A DNA stretch of 64,000 nt from Microthyrium microscopicum (lineage: Eukaryota), in the NCBI GenBank assembly GCA_010405405.1, contig MU004234.1, forward strand, positions 1,887,275 to 1,951,274, given 5' to 3'. The notes under the pieces are model-generated. The model was given only the letters and a program-made list of their open reading frames with translations, searched no databases and was not told where the DNA came from. Positions within the stretch are counted from its first letter, which is position 1, and each line of letters starts with the position of its first letter. Shown piece by piece: positions 39,344 through 50,666 of the stretch. Position numbers and translations under genes: made by a program.

Positions 39344-39570
39344 TGTAATGATTCCTCTTTATAGGCTTCATAGTAGTGTTGTAAGAGAAATCTTATTGTA
39401 AGATTACGCGCTAGACCTAAGGGGGTTAGCGCGCCCAAGGATCTACTAAGCGGACTTACTTCCCTCGTAGATCTATAGCTCTTCTAGATCTTCTTCTCTC
39501 TCTCTCCTGTTCGTAGATTCTAAAATACAATCTAATTATCTACTTGCTCTAAGTTCCGCAGCTCGTTACA
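39344..39570 (+). repeat. 3' LTR of Gypsy D
   Basis: TGTAATG...CGTTACA, preceded by the PPT. Confidence 0.93.
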
Positions 39571-42500
39571 TATACTTATTTTATTACTAGAGGTTAGCCT
39601 AGGGTTATCTATAGCCTATTCTATTTTCTTATAATTATTTCCTTATTAGTCTTTTAGGGCGCTATCTCTTATAGTTTATAAGCTATTATTACCTTTATTA
39701 AAGTTAAATATGCTTATAATTAATTTCTAAGTACCCTAGACTAGGTTATTATATATTTTATTTTCTACTTTTTATAATGCTAATAGTCTTCTAGGGTTCT
39801 TAGTCTCTACTTTTTTTTTCTTTATACTATTTACTATAGTATATTTATTATTATTTATAAGCTAAATTAATATAATTTAGATAAATATTATAGCTCTTAT
39901 CTATTTTATATATTTTTTATTTATTACTTAGAATCTTTTTATACTTTTAAAGTAAATTTAGTATACTTTATATATATTCTTCTACTATATATAGTATTCC
40001 TAGCCTTACTTTTTTTCTCTTTTTCTTTTTTTCTTATTATCTTTATAGTTAAAGTACTAGACTAGGCTTATTCTAATATAGTTTTTAGTATTATAATTAT
40101 TTATATATTTACTATAGTTTAGTTTATATTAGGTATAAACTATTTATATATAGCCCTAGACTTAGTAGTAGAAGTATTATTTAGTAGTATATTTTAGGTT
40201 ATATAATCTAGTAAAAAGCTTCTTTACCTTAATAATAAACTTCTTTTAGATAACCTTATCTCTTATTACTATTATTAGGTAGTATAGTATAAATAATTCC
40301 TTAGTATATACCTTTTTATACTTTTTTAGTTCTTCTTTTACCTATTTATATTCTACGCCTCTATAAAGTTACTAAACTATTCTTATTTTTAGGTATTTAA
40401 ACCTTATCTTATTTTTATTAACTAGTTTTTTAATTAGTTTATTATTATCTATATTCTTATTATAGGCTACGTCTAGTTTAAGTAAAGTCCTTAGGATCTC
40501 TACTAGATAGTCTTATTATAGAATTTAGACCTTATCTAAGCTTACCTAGCGTAGCCTATTTTAGATATAGTCCTTATCTAATTATATATTAACTATAACG
40601 TTAATATTTTTACTAAGTAGTAGCTTAATAGTTATTATTTATAGAATAGTTTCCTTAATCTTTTTAAATAGCTTTACTTTATTTTACTTATTTTCTTTTA
40701 ATATATTTTTAACTACTTTTATAATATTAATTTAGACTATTAGGCTTACGTAGAGAGCCCTTTAGTTAAGGATTAGTAGGTTAGGTCCTTTTATAACCTT
40801 TACTTAGGAGTTAGGGATTATTTTAATCTTAGTAATCTACTTTATAATTATATTAAGTTTTTAGTTAAGATATATCTTAAGGCATATTAGCAAAGGGACC
40901 TTATTTATAGTTAGAGCTAGGTAGAATACTAGTTATTTAATATAGTCTTATACTATAATAAAGAATATATAGTATTATATAAAATTAGCTATTAGCTAGT
41001 TAAGGAATAGTTATATTAGATTCTTCTTTTTAGATATAAGTTTTCTTAATAGTACTTTAATTCCTCTTTATATTTCTATAAGTAGTAGTTTTAGGTTATC
41101 TTTTTATTTCTATATTGCCTTATTTTTAATATGAGTAGCCTCTATAGTAATAATAGCTATCTACTATAAATCTTTATTTATCTCTATAGCGTTAGCTATT
41201 GCTTATATCTAGTTAAAAGTTATATTATTATAATAGTCTTAATAAGATGAATCTAATAATAATAGTTTTATAGAATAATTCTAAGAAATTAATCTTTTAG
41301 TACAATGATGCTCCTTCCTTTTCTATAATATAATATAATTTATAATATATCTTATACTATAAAAGGTTAATATTCTTAATCCTCTATATAGGTTAACTTT
41401 ATATTAATTTAGCTAGGGTACTTCTAGAATTAAATTATAAGAGGCTACTTCTATAATAAAATAGCTAATTTACTTAACGTAGTATCTAATATATAGATTA
41501 AGGATAGTAGCTTTATTAACTATAAATACTAACTTACTATTAGTAAGTATTACTAAGCGTAAATAAGCTAATTAAAACGTTAAAATACTATATTACTAAA
41601 GATAATAAGAGTTAATAATTCTTATTATACTACTACTAATATTAATTAAAATACTAGCGTTAAAGTAAGTTAACTACTATAGTATAAATACTAAGCTAAT
41701 AGTAATTTATTATAATCTAATAATAAGATCTTTCTTTTTAATATCTTAAAGCTATACTACTAATATAATAGAAGCTAGTAAGATATAGATAGTATATAAG
41801 TATACTAAGAAGATATATCTCTTATAAATAGTATCTTTATACTTAAGATGCTAAATATACTAATAAAGGTAACTAAGTATCTTCTTAGTTTTCTTTTAAG
41901 CTTTTTCTTTAATATTCTTATAGTTTTCTTTTACTTAATAAAATATCTTCTTAGCTTTCTTAGTATTTTAGCGTTATTCTTTATTATATTAATAAAATAT
42001 TTTTTTTACGTACTTAATTATAGTATTAAAAGTACGTTTCTTTTTTTTATTATATGCTTTAGTTTTATTTAGCTCTTTCTTATAGCTTAATAAAGAAGTA
42101 TCTAGTTTAAAGATTAATAGTTATTATCCTTAGTAGTATCCTTTATAAAGAGTTACTATTCTTTTTAAACTTTTATAAATATTACTACTAAAGGTATAAC
42201 TAAGGCTTTAATCTTATTATTAGATAAAGGTTCCTAATTTTTATATAGCGTAGTCTTATTAAAGTAGTAATAACCTTTTTATTTATAATAGACGTAACGT
42301 TTATCTATTTTTAAGGCGTTAAAAATATCTATAAGATAGTTAATATTATTATTTTTATTATTTTAGGCTCCTTTATTAGTAGACTAATTATTATTATAGC
42401 TATAGAAGTTATTATTTATAGTAGTAGGCTTATAATTAATTTAGTGCGCAATAAAGTAAAGTTAAGTATAAAATATAGTAAAACTATTAAAATATTAGCC

Positions 42501-44681
42501 TACTAATAAGTTTATAAACTTATAATTAATAAGATTTTATAACTTAATAATCTTTTTACGCTCTAATAGTTTAATATCTACTAAATTTATTAAGAAGTAG
42601 CTAATAAAAGCCTAGAAACTTTCTATATCTTTTATCTTAGTATTTAAGGACTTTAATTATACTTTAGTATCTTTAAAAGCGTTTTTAAAGTAATAGTATT
42701 TATCTAAATTTACCTATATCTTTTCTATAGTATAATAAGAGTCCTTTAATTTATAACCTTCTTATATAACTATAATATTATAAGCTAGGCTAGTATAATA
42801 GATATAAATAAACTTAATTTTCTTCTTTTTAGTAGGAACGTAAAAGTATATATTCTTATTAAGAAACATATCTAATATTTTCTCCTTTTACTATTTATAG
42901 TACGTAGGTTTACCTTTAAAATTATTAGGTTCTTTAAACTTTATAAGTATTACTAAGAAGCTACTATTAGTTACTAATAATAGTAAGATATAATATATTC
43001 CTTAGGCTTAAAGCTAAAGGTATAAAACTACTAAATATATTACTTATAGTATAGAGCAACCTAATAAAAAGTTATCTTCTAAATCTTCTAAGTTAATTTA
43101 GGCTTAATTTATATTTACTTAAAGTTTATTCTTAAGCTCTTAGATTTAGTAATAAAAGTTAATAACTAACTTATAATATTATAAATTAGTATTACGCTTC
43201 TTTATTAATTTAGTAAAAGCTACTTATTTATTTAAATAAGTAGTAGCTAATATTAACTTATAGTTATAGTAAATTTAGCTAGTAAGTACTTTAAGATCTA
43301 TTATTATCTACTAATAGGTAGTTACTTCTTTTTATAGTATATCTACTAATTTACTTAGTTAACCTACTTTTATATTAGTATCTATAAATTCTTCTACTAG
43401 CTAATCTTAAAGTTTTTAAGTAGACTAGTAATATAATACTATAGTTTAATTAATTACTAATACAATATATAATTATTTAAAGAATTAATCTTCTTCTATA
43501 AACTTAATATATTAGTCTAAATATTTACTATTAGATATTAATATATAATATTTTTAGAGAGTAGTAGAATTATTAAGATTATTCTAAAAAACTACTAATA
43601 TTTACTTCTCTACCTCTAGTTCTACTTTATATAATACCTATATAAATAAAGGCTTTAAGCTAGTAAGTAATATAACTTTACTATTAAGGTTTACTAGTTT
43701 TAAGAATAAATAAGGTAGGAATAATATAAGAACGTTATAAGGTTCTTTTTTACGTACTAGTAATTCTAGCTAATAGTAAATATTAATAAGTAATCTTACT
43801 TCTAATGCGTCTTTGTCTAGTAGCTTACTAATAATAGTATTAAAGATTATTACTTCTTTACTTTTTAATCCTAGCTCTTTTATTATACTTACTAGCGTAA
43901 TAAGTACTATAGTTAATAGTTTAATAATAATCTTATAAGGTTATTAAATATTAATACTAACTTAAGTATTTTAATAAAGAAATTCCTTATCTTTATTATT
44001 TAAAGCTACTTTAGGTAGTAGAAGTAACTTTTTAATAGATTTAACTACTAGGATATTCTCTTACTATAGCGTTAATATAATAGTAAGCTATTAATTAGTT
44101 CCTATATCTAGGACGACTAGCTTCTTAGTAAAGTAGCTATCTTTACTATAGTAGAGTAAAGCTAAGTAGCTTTAAATACTAATATTGCTATGCTTATAAG
44201 CAATATAAGAGTTACTTAAGGATACTAGTTTAAGACTAGGAATATATAGCGCCTTACTTATAGTAATACGTAGCTAAGTAATATAGTATTTCTTAATAAA
44301 TTAAAACTAATTTAATAAATTTAATAGATATAAATTAATAAGGAATAAAGTAAGTATGTTTTATAGTTAGTAGAGAGGAAATAGTATAAATGCCTTTATA
44401 GATCTAAAAAGAATACTATAGGGCAAAGCTTAAGCCTTTAAGTAGTCTTTATTCTAGTAAATAATACTAAATTTATATTGCTCTAGTTAGTATTTATAAA
44501 TTTGCTAGTACCTTTAGTAAGCGCTAAACTTAATTAAGGGTAGTATTACTAAATACTAATTAGCTAAATCTATAGCATAACTATAGTAATTACGACGAGA
44601 ATTACTAAACGCCTCTACGTATTTATTAATAATACGTAAGTATATATAGAGCGTAAAATTAGTATAGAGGTACTTAGATTA

Positions 44682-44905
44682 TATAAGGAGCTAATAGGCG
44701 TAATTAGGTAAGTAGAAAGTAGCTAGTATTATAGAATCTAAGTATAAAGAGAAGAGATCTAGAGATGTAGCTATAGATATAAAGAAGTAGGAGCCTAGGA
44801 TATCCTTAGATACACTAACCCTAAATGGGATAAAGAGATCTTATCTAGAGGATTAGATCTTAGTATCTAAACACTACAACACTAAACCTATAAGGATTCC
44901 TTATA
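44682..44905 (-). repeat. 5' LTR of Gypsy A
   Basis: 224-bp direct repeat of 21146-21369. Confidence 0.92.
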
Positions 44906-45932
44906 ATTAAGGCCCTAAATAAAGATAATTAGTACCTTCCTACTATTACTAAGGTAAGCTAGATCTATAGTAATAAAACGTTAATCTTAGGAAAGAAGAG
45001 ATTATCCTTTATTATATATCTTCCTATAAAGAGTCTCTAGGAAACTACTATAGCTTAAGGGCTAACAATTAAAGGCATATAGTATAGTTGTAAACTCTAG
45101 GCTATAACGCTAGTAAGTACTTATTACTATTAGTATAGTACTTAGGGATATATATAGTCTTTCTATTTAGTAGAAGCTTACTATAAATACTATATAAGTA
45201 AGTATAATATATAGGACTATAAAATAAAAGATAAAAGTAAATAGTGCTTAAATTATAGTTATAAACATAACTATTAAGACAAATCCTATAGTATTTATAA
45301 AAGTATTACTTTAGTAGCAGACGTCCTTTAGGTAACCCTATTTAAATATATTATCAACTTATAGAATAACGTAGCTTAATAAGATTATAGTAATATAAAC
45401 CTACTACTAAAGAATAAATATATACTTATTACTATACTAAAAGCTAGCCCTATAAAAGGCCTTAGAAAGCCTCTAGCCTTAGCTATAATAGAATCTACTC
45501 TAGGATAGCAATCCCTTAGCTTTATGCCTACTTATTTAGAACCTTTAGGCGTAGCTACGCCTATAGTTACATTAAAAGGGAAGATTATTATAGCTATCTT
45601 AGTAAGTATTTATAAGGCTACTAAAGTAGCTCTAGCAAACCTAGTAGAGTTTAAGGAAGTAGATAAAGAGGTTTAGATAAAGTTAAATAAGTAGGAAGGA
45701 GATTAAATGAAGTAGAAGCGTTTTATAGAATAGCTTATTAATAGCTATAAGGTTAACGTTCTATAATAGATAAATAGACGCTAGAGCGCCTATAGTGCCC
45801 TACTAGGGCAAATAGTGTAGTTTTATTCCCCTAAGGGTTTCTACTATAAATAGTTAGTATAGTCTATATACGTCTATTAGAGTAGCGTATTTAGACCCCT
45901 TACGAGGTCTAAACAAACTAGACAATAAAGAG

Positions 45933-45969
<37 letters not shown>

Positions 45970-46176
45970 TAATTATTTATTATATCTCTATTCTTTATTT
46001 TATTTAAGACTTAAAAATTAAGTTCTAGAATTTAGATAGTATACTCTATATAACTCTTAAGTTAGTTTTATTTATTCTAGTTTATTTTCTATTATATTAA
46101 AGACTTTATATTTATTTAAATAGTTTATATAATAGCTAACTATAATATACTAAATTCTAGCTTTAATAATAGCTAG

Positions 46177-48470
46177 ATATCTAATACTAAGTCTATTAAG
46201 CCTTAGGATAGTATATCTAATATTTCTACTACTACTTCTCTTAGTTAGTAAAAATATAATAAACTATACTTTAAGCTAGATAATAACAATTCTAATACTT
46301 ATTTAATTATAAAGAGGCTTATTAAAAGAGAACTACTTCCTATTAATATTACTAAGCCTAAATAAGTTAAAATTATATATACTCTTTATTCTTATAGTTA
46401 AATAAAGAATTTAAAAGGTTTCTAAACTTCTAATTTTATAGTATATTATAGAGCTAAACATAAAACTATTACTATTAAAGAAGAGTAAAAAATTAATAAA
46501 GAAACTATAAAAGAATACTAAGCTAGAATTAAAGCTAATAGTAATAATCCTAGTAATCCTTTTACTATATCTATAATTAGTAATAAATAAGCTAAAGCTA
46601 ATACTAGATTAGATTTTAATTTAGATACTACTTTATATTTAATAGTTAAATTTATAGTTAAAAATAACTTATCTTTTAACTTATATAGCTCTAATTCTTT
46701 TAAAGAACTTCTAAAGTATTATAATTATTATAGTCCTTAAATTAATTATAATAAGCTTTAAAATCTTCTTTATTCTAGTTACGATAAAGCAAAAGATAAG
46801 CTAAAACGTAAATTAAAAGTAGTAGTTTCTAAAAATAATTATTTTACTATAGCTTTAGACGTATAGATATCTAATAGTAATTAGTATACCTTTTTAAGTA
46901 TAATAATTATCTATACTAATAATAACGTTAAGTTATAGTATAGATTACTAGGATTTAAAAGATTAACTACTAATTATACTAGAAGATATCTTTATAGTAT
47001 ATTTAAAAGTATTATTAAGTCTTTTAACTTAGATATTAGTTATTTTATTAGTTTTTTATAAGATAATGCTAGTAATAATAATATGTTAATTACTTAACTA
47101 AGAACTAAAAAGAATCTAATAGGTTCTACTAAAGATTTCTATAATATTTGTTATACTATATATATTATTAATTTAGTTGCTAAAGCTATTATTAGATACT
47201 TTATAGCTAATTATAATAAGGAAATTAAGACTACTAGAACTAGAGCTAGTCTTATTAGTTAATATACTACTTCTACTTAACTAGATGCTATTTTAGATAC
47301 TATAGCTTCTAAGAGTCTAATAGGTAGACTTAAAAAGATAGTTTACACTATTAAATTTAAGTAAGAATATTAAAAGAACTTTAAATTATCTAGAAAGTTA
47401 TATCTTAAAAGAAGAATACTAGACAAAGATATTAAAATAACTAAAATACTTATAAATAATAATACTAGATAGAATTCTATATATTATACTCTAAATTATT
47501 TTTTTAAACTTAAACCTTATATTAAATATATCTTTACTAATACTAAAGATAAAAAGTTTAAGAAGTTTATATTTAATAAAGCTAATTAGCTAGTATTAAA
47601 GTATTTAAAGAATATTCTAGGCTATTTTAAAATACCTACTATTATTTTATAAGAGTAGATTTATATTATAATTAATTAAACGCTTTTATATATTTATTAA
47701 TTATTTAGAAATTTAGAAGATTAAATGCTTAAATTTTCTATATCTCTTAATTCTATTATATTAAAAGATTATCCTAAGCGTAAATACTTTATTAATACTA
47801 TTAAGGAAAGCCTTAATAAGCTAGAAAAATACTATCCTTATAAGATTATAAATTAAGAAGTAGTAGAAAATCTAAAGCCTTTTATTATAGCTTTAATTTT
47901 AGATCCTAAATATAAAATAATATATTTTATAAATAATCCTTATAGCTTATTACTTTACTATCCTTAAATTTTAATAAACGTTACTAATTTATTTAAAGAA
48001 AAATATAATTTAGCTAAAATAAAACTAAATCCTACTTCTTTAAATTAAGAAAGTAGTAATTTAGATCCTATTTTAGATAATAATAAAAACACGTTTTTTA
48101 TTCCTATTACTAACGATAATACTACTACTACTAAAGAAGAGTATATTTATTATTTAAAATAAGAACGTACACATCCTAAAAAATATTCTTTAGATTACTA
48201 AGTTAAAAACTAAAATTAATTTTCTATTCTATTTTATTTAGCTAAAAAATACTTAATAATACCTAGTACTTCTACTAGTACTAAAAGTATATTTAGTATT
48301 AAAGCAGATATTATTTTAAATAATAGAAATAAACTACTAGCAAAGACTAATAAAAGAATTATTTAGCTTAAAAACTAGAAATTAGTAGATATTAATAAGT
48401 TTAAAAAATTATTATTATATAAATCTAGAGATAAGGATAGTAGTAAAAGTAAAGTAAAGAGTAATTATTA
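46177..48470 (+). pseudogene. hAT transposase relic (BED finger, DDE core, C-terminal dimerisation domain)
   Basis: Motifs in one frame: BED-like ~46360-46460; ALDV*IS (DxWTS) 46858; DNASNN 47062; IINLVAK; TR*NS (TRWNS) 47464; LDPKYK 47902; LAKKYLIIPSTSTS.KSIFS 48241. Confidence 0.9.
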
Positions 48471-49889
48471 ATATAGTAGAGTTAGTTAGGTTTATCTTTT
48501 AGGCATTAAGGAGTTATAGGTATTAGTTTAAATAGAAAATATAAAAAGATTAGTTAAAACTAAAGTATTATTATTAAAAGTAAAAATAAGGATAAGTTTA
48601 TTAAGTATTAGAGTATAGAGTAGTAGTATAGATTTAAGTTTTATAATATATAGATTATTTAATATAATATAGTAAAAGTAGTTAAAACCCTAATATAAAG
48701 AACTTATAAATTTATATATTAATTTAAAGATTTACGTTTAACTTTTAATAGATATTAATACTTATAGCTAATTATATTATATTAAAATTTAAGAATCTAC
48801 TACCTATATTTATTCTTTATAAATTATATATTAAATCATAGCTTATCTTATTCTAATAAGTAAGTTAATTATAAAAGTTTAAAAGACGTATTTAAAATAT
48901 AACTAGTAATAAGTATATATTTAAAAAAAATAAGTTAGATTATTAGATAGAGTAGGCTTAAAGATATATAATAATATATAGTATAGTTTATAAATATTTA
49001 GTTTTAGTAGTTATATAAATAGTTTTAAAATAATAATAAAAGATAGTTTAAAGTTTTATTATATAAAGTAGTATTTTATATTTTAAATTTAGATTTTAAT
49101 TAGATAGTAAATATATAGAAAATTCTATATTATTATATAGCTCTAAAATAACTTTATATAATAATATAGGTTTTATATCTTAAGTATTATAACTCTTAGT
49201 AGTATTTAAAATACTTTTAAATAATAAAATATTTTTTTAAATAGTAAATAAGCTTAGATAAGACAAAATAAATATATAGTTTTATATAGAATATATATAT
49301 ATTTATTATATAACTAAAATTTATCTAAAAAACTATAATTAAAAGACTTATTTCTACTATTTACTTACTTTATTATTATAAATATTAATCTTTAGTACTA
49401 ATATATTTAATATCTTTTTACTATATAAGTATTATATAAAACTAATACTCTAAGTATACTTATTATATTATAATAAATCAAAATATATATAGATTTACTT
49501 AAAAATAGCTATTTCTAATATAACTAAGTTAAATATAATATTTTAGTTAACTTTATTCTTTTTATCTATTATATTTATATTCTTAATTCCTAATTATTTA
49601 TATTAAAACCTAAAATAATTATATTTAGTCCTAATTCTTTTTATATTCTATTAGGCATAATTCTAGGAAGCTATACTTAAAAAATAAGTACTTAAAATTA
49701 AAAATGAACTACTCTAGTAATTATTTAAGCTTTATTTTTTAATAAAAAAAAAAAGCTCTAACTTTAAAGTTAAATAACTCTAGAATTAGTTAATACCTAT
49801 TAAAATAAAATATACTATTATATTCTATGTAAAATACTAAATTAAATAATATATTTTTTAGCCTATAATATTACTTAATCTATTTATAA

Positions 49890-50070
49890 AACTAGTATAG
49901 AACTAATACTAGTATACTAGTAGTATACTATAGTACTAGTCTAATTAGTATTATAAAATACTAGACTAGTATAATACTAGTACTAGTATTAAAGTATCCC
50001 TAGACTAACTAGTACTAGTAGCTACTTTTAATACTAGATACTAGTCCTACTAGTACTAGTACTAGACTAT
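49890..50070. repeat. Right subterminal ACTAGT repeat array of the hAT
   Basis: Dense ACTAGT hexamers just inside the right TIR. Confidence 0.75.
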
Positions 50071-50666
50071 ACTAATTAGTTTAGCAACCTTGATGGAGAT
50101 AGGATGGGATGCGGATGAGGCCGCCGTGGTGTTCAAGTTGACCCCTGTTTGCGAGCTAAACGCGCGGCTTTCAGGTAACCTTCGAAGTACAAGCAGCTTG
50201 TTTGATGGCTGACGAAACCTCCTTCTACCATGAACATGACCGAACATGGACTTCAATTTCCATCGAGTGCCATCGATTTTTGCGGGACGATCAAATACAA
50301 TCAGAATCTTTGACAAGTATCTTGGTCGCGTTGTAGGTTATGGGAGCATCGCCTGCTTAGACGCCAGGGAGACATGCAGACTATGAGCTGTCAAGGCTGT
50401 CAAGCTGTCTCTCCATCCCAGCCAGCCTGATCTGCCACTCTTCATGTTCATATATCTTGCTGTTGCCATTATTCTCAGAAGAAATCTTATTAGAACAACA
50501 CTGACGACCAACATATCCGCAGCCCTAGGATCGCAACTCGCGAGCCTGTTTCTTTGCGACAGTCGCGTCAAGTTTCCCTCACACAGCCTGATCATCCCAC
50601 TCTCACAACAAGTCTGGGCACCTCGGCCAGACTTTCCCAACGCCCTCTTGTAGTTTCGAGCCAACA

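Larger units (their letters stand above)
31906..39570 (+). mobile_element. Ty3/Gypsy chromovirus D, full length (7,665 bp), RIP-mutated
   Basis: 227-bp LTRs TGT...ACA; PPT AAAGGAAGGGG at 39330-40; gag with CCHC relic; protease ~35.08 kb, RT YIDDLL 36274, RNase H ~36.73 kb, integrase, chromodomain-like end ~38.7-38.9 kb; TSD 4/5 match (TTTAC / TATAC). Confidence 0.93.
26517..41323 (-). mobile_element. Tad-like LINE (~7.1 kb own length), RIP-mutated, interrupted by Gypsy D
   Basis: 14-bp TSD TATAATATAATATA (26503-16 / 41324-37); 3' tail GATAATAAATAAGATTT(AT)n; ORF1 with CCHC relics ~40.05-40.2 kb; ORF2 relic; removing it rejoins the Gypsy A pol. Confidence 0.9.
21146..44905 (-). mobile_element. 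Ty3/Gypsy LTR retrotransposon A, RIP-mutated, carrying nested SINE, LINE and Gypsy D
   Basis: 224-bp LTRs; 5-bp TSD ATTAA (21141-45 / 44906-10); minus-strand PPT beside the left LTR; gag ~42.1-44.5 kb, protease ~41.3-41.7 kb, RT (PFSL...YLDNIL relic) ~25.6-25.7 kb. Confidence 0.92.
20252..45962 (+). mobile_element. Non-autonomous non-LTR element with ORF1 (gag-like) only; own parts 20252-21145 and 44911-45962 (~1.95 kb)
   Basis: Relic ORF from ATG 20429, split by Gypsy A; CCHC knuckle relics ~45090-45290; 3' tail GACAATAAAGAGATTT(AT)n; candidate 10-bp TSD AAAATATTAA (20242-51 / 45963-72). Confidence 0.65.
16754..50092 (+). mobile_element. hAT-superfamily DNA transposon (own sequence ~7.3 kb; 33,339 bp with nested inserts), RIP-mutated
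   Basis: TIR CAAGGTTGCTAAACTAATTAGT at 16754-16775 with its exact reverse complement at 50071-50092; 8-bp TSD ATGGAGAT at 16746-16753 and 50093-50100; hAT transposase relic inside. Confidence 0.95.
16754..50092. other. AT-rich RIP (repeat-induced point mutation) block
   Basis: Strong TpA excess and CpA/TpG depletion; relic ORFs with TAA/TAG at Gln/Trp positions; LTR pairs differ by transitions. Confidence 0.95.

Noticed and set aside
41300..41323. Apparent PPT plus TG start of another LTR on the minus strand
   Set aside because: No partner LTR found; the position is the LINE 5' end next to its TSD.
41848..42072. 74-aa hydrophobic ORF in the ORF track
   Set aside because: Antisense to the RIP-ed gag/pol region of Gypsy A; an artefact of AT-richness.
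44095..44125. VLDIG, a possible protease motif on the minus strand
   Set aside because: Lies in the gag region; the true protease relic, homologous to that of Gypsy D, is at ~41.3-41.7 kb.
16754..50092. Starship-type giant element or centromere
   Set aside because: No tyrosine recombinase relic seen; TIRs, 8-bp TSD and transposase fit hAT. Centromere function cannot be judged from sequence alone.
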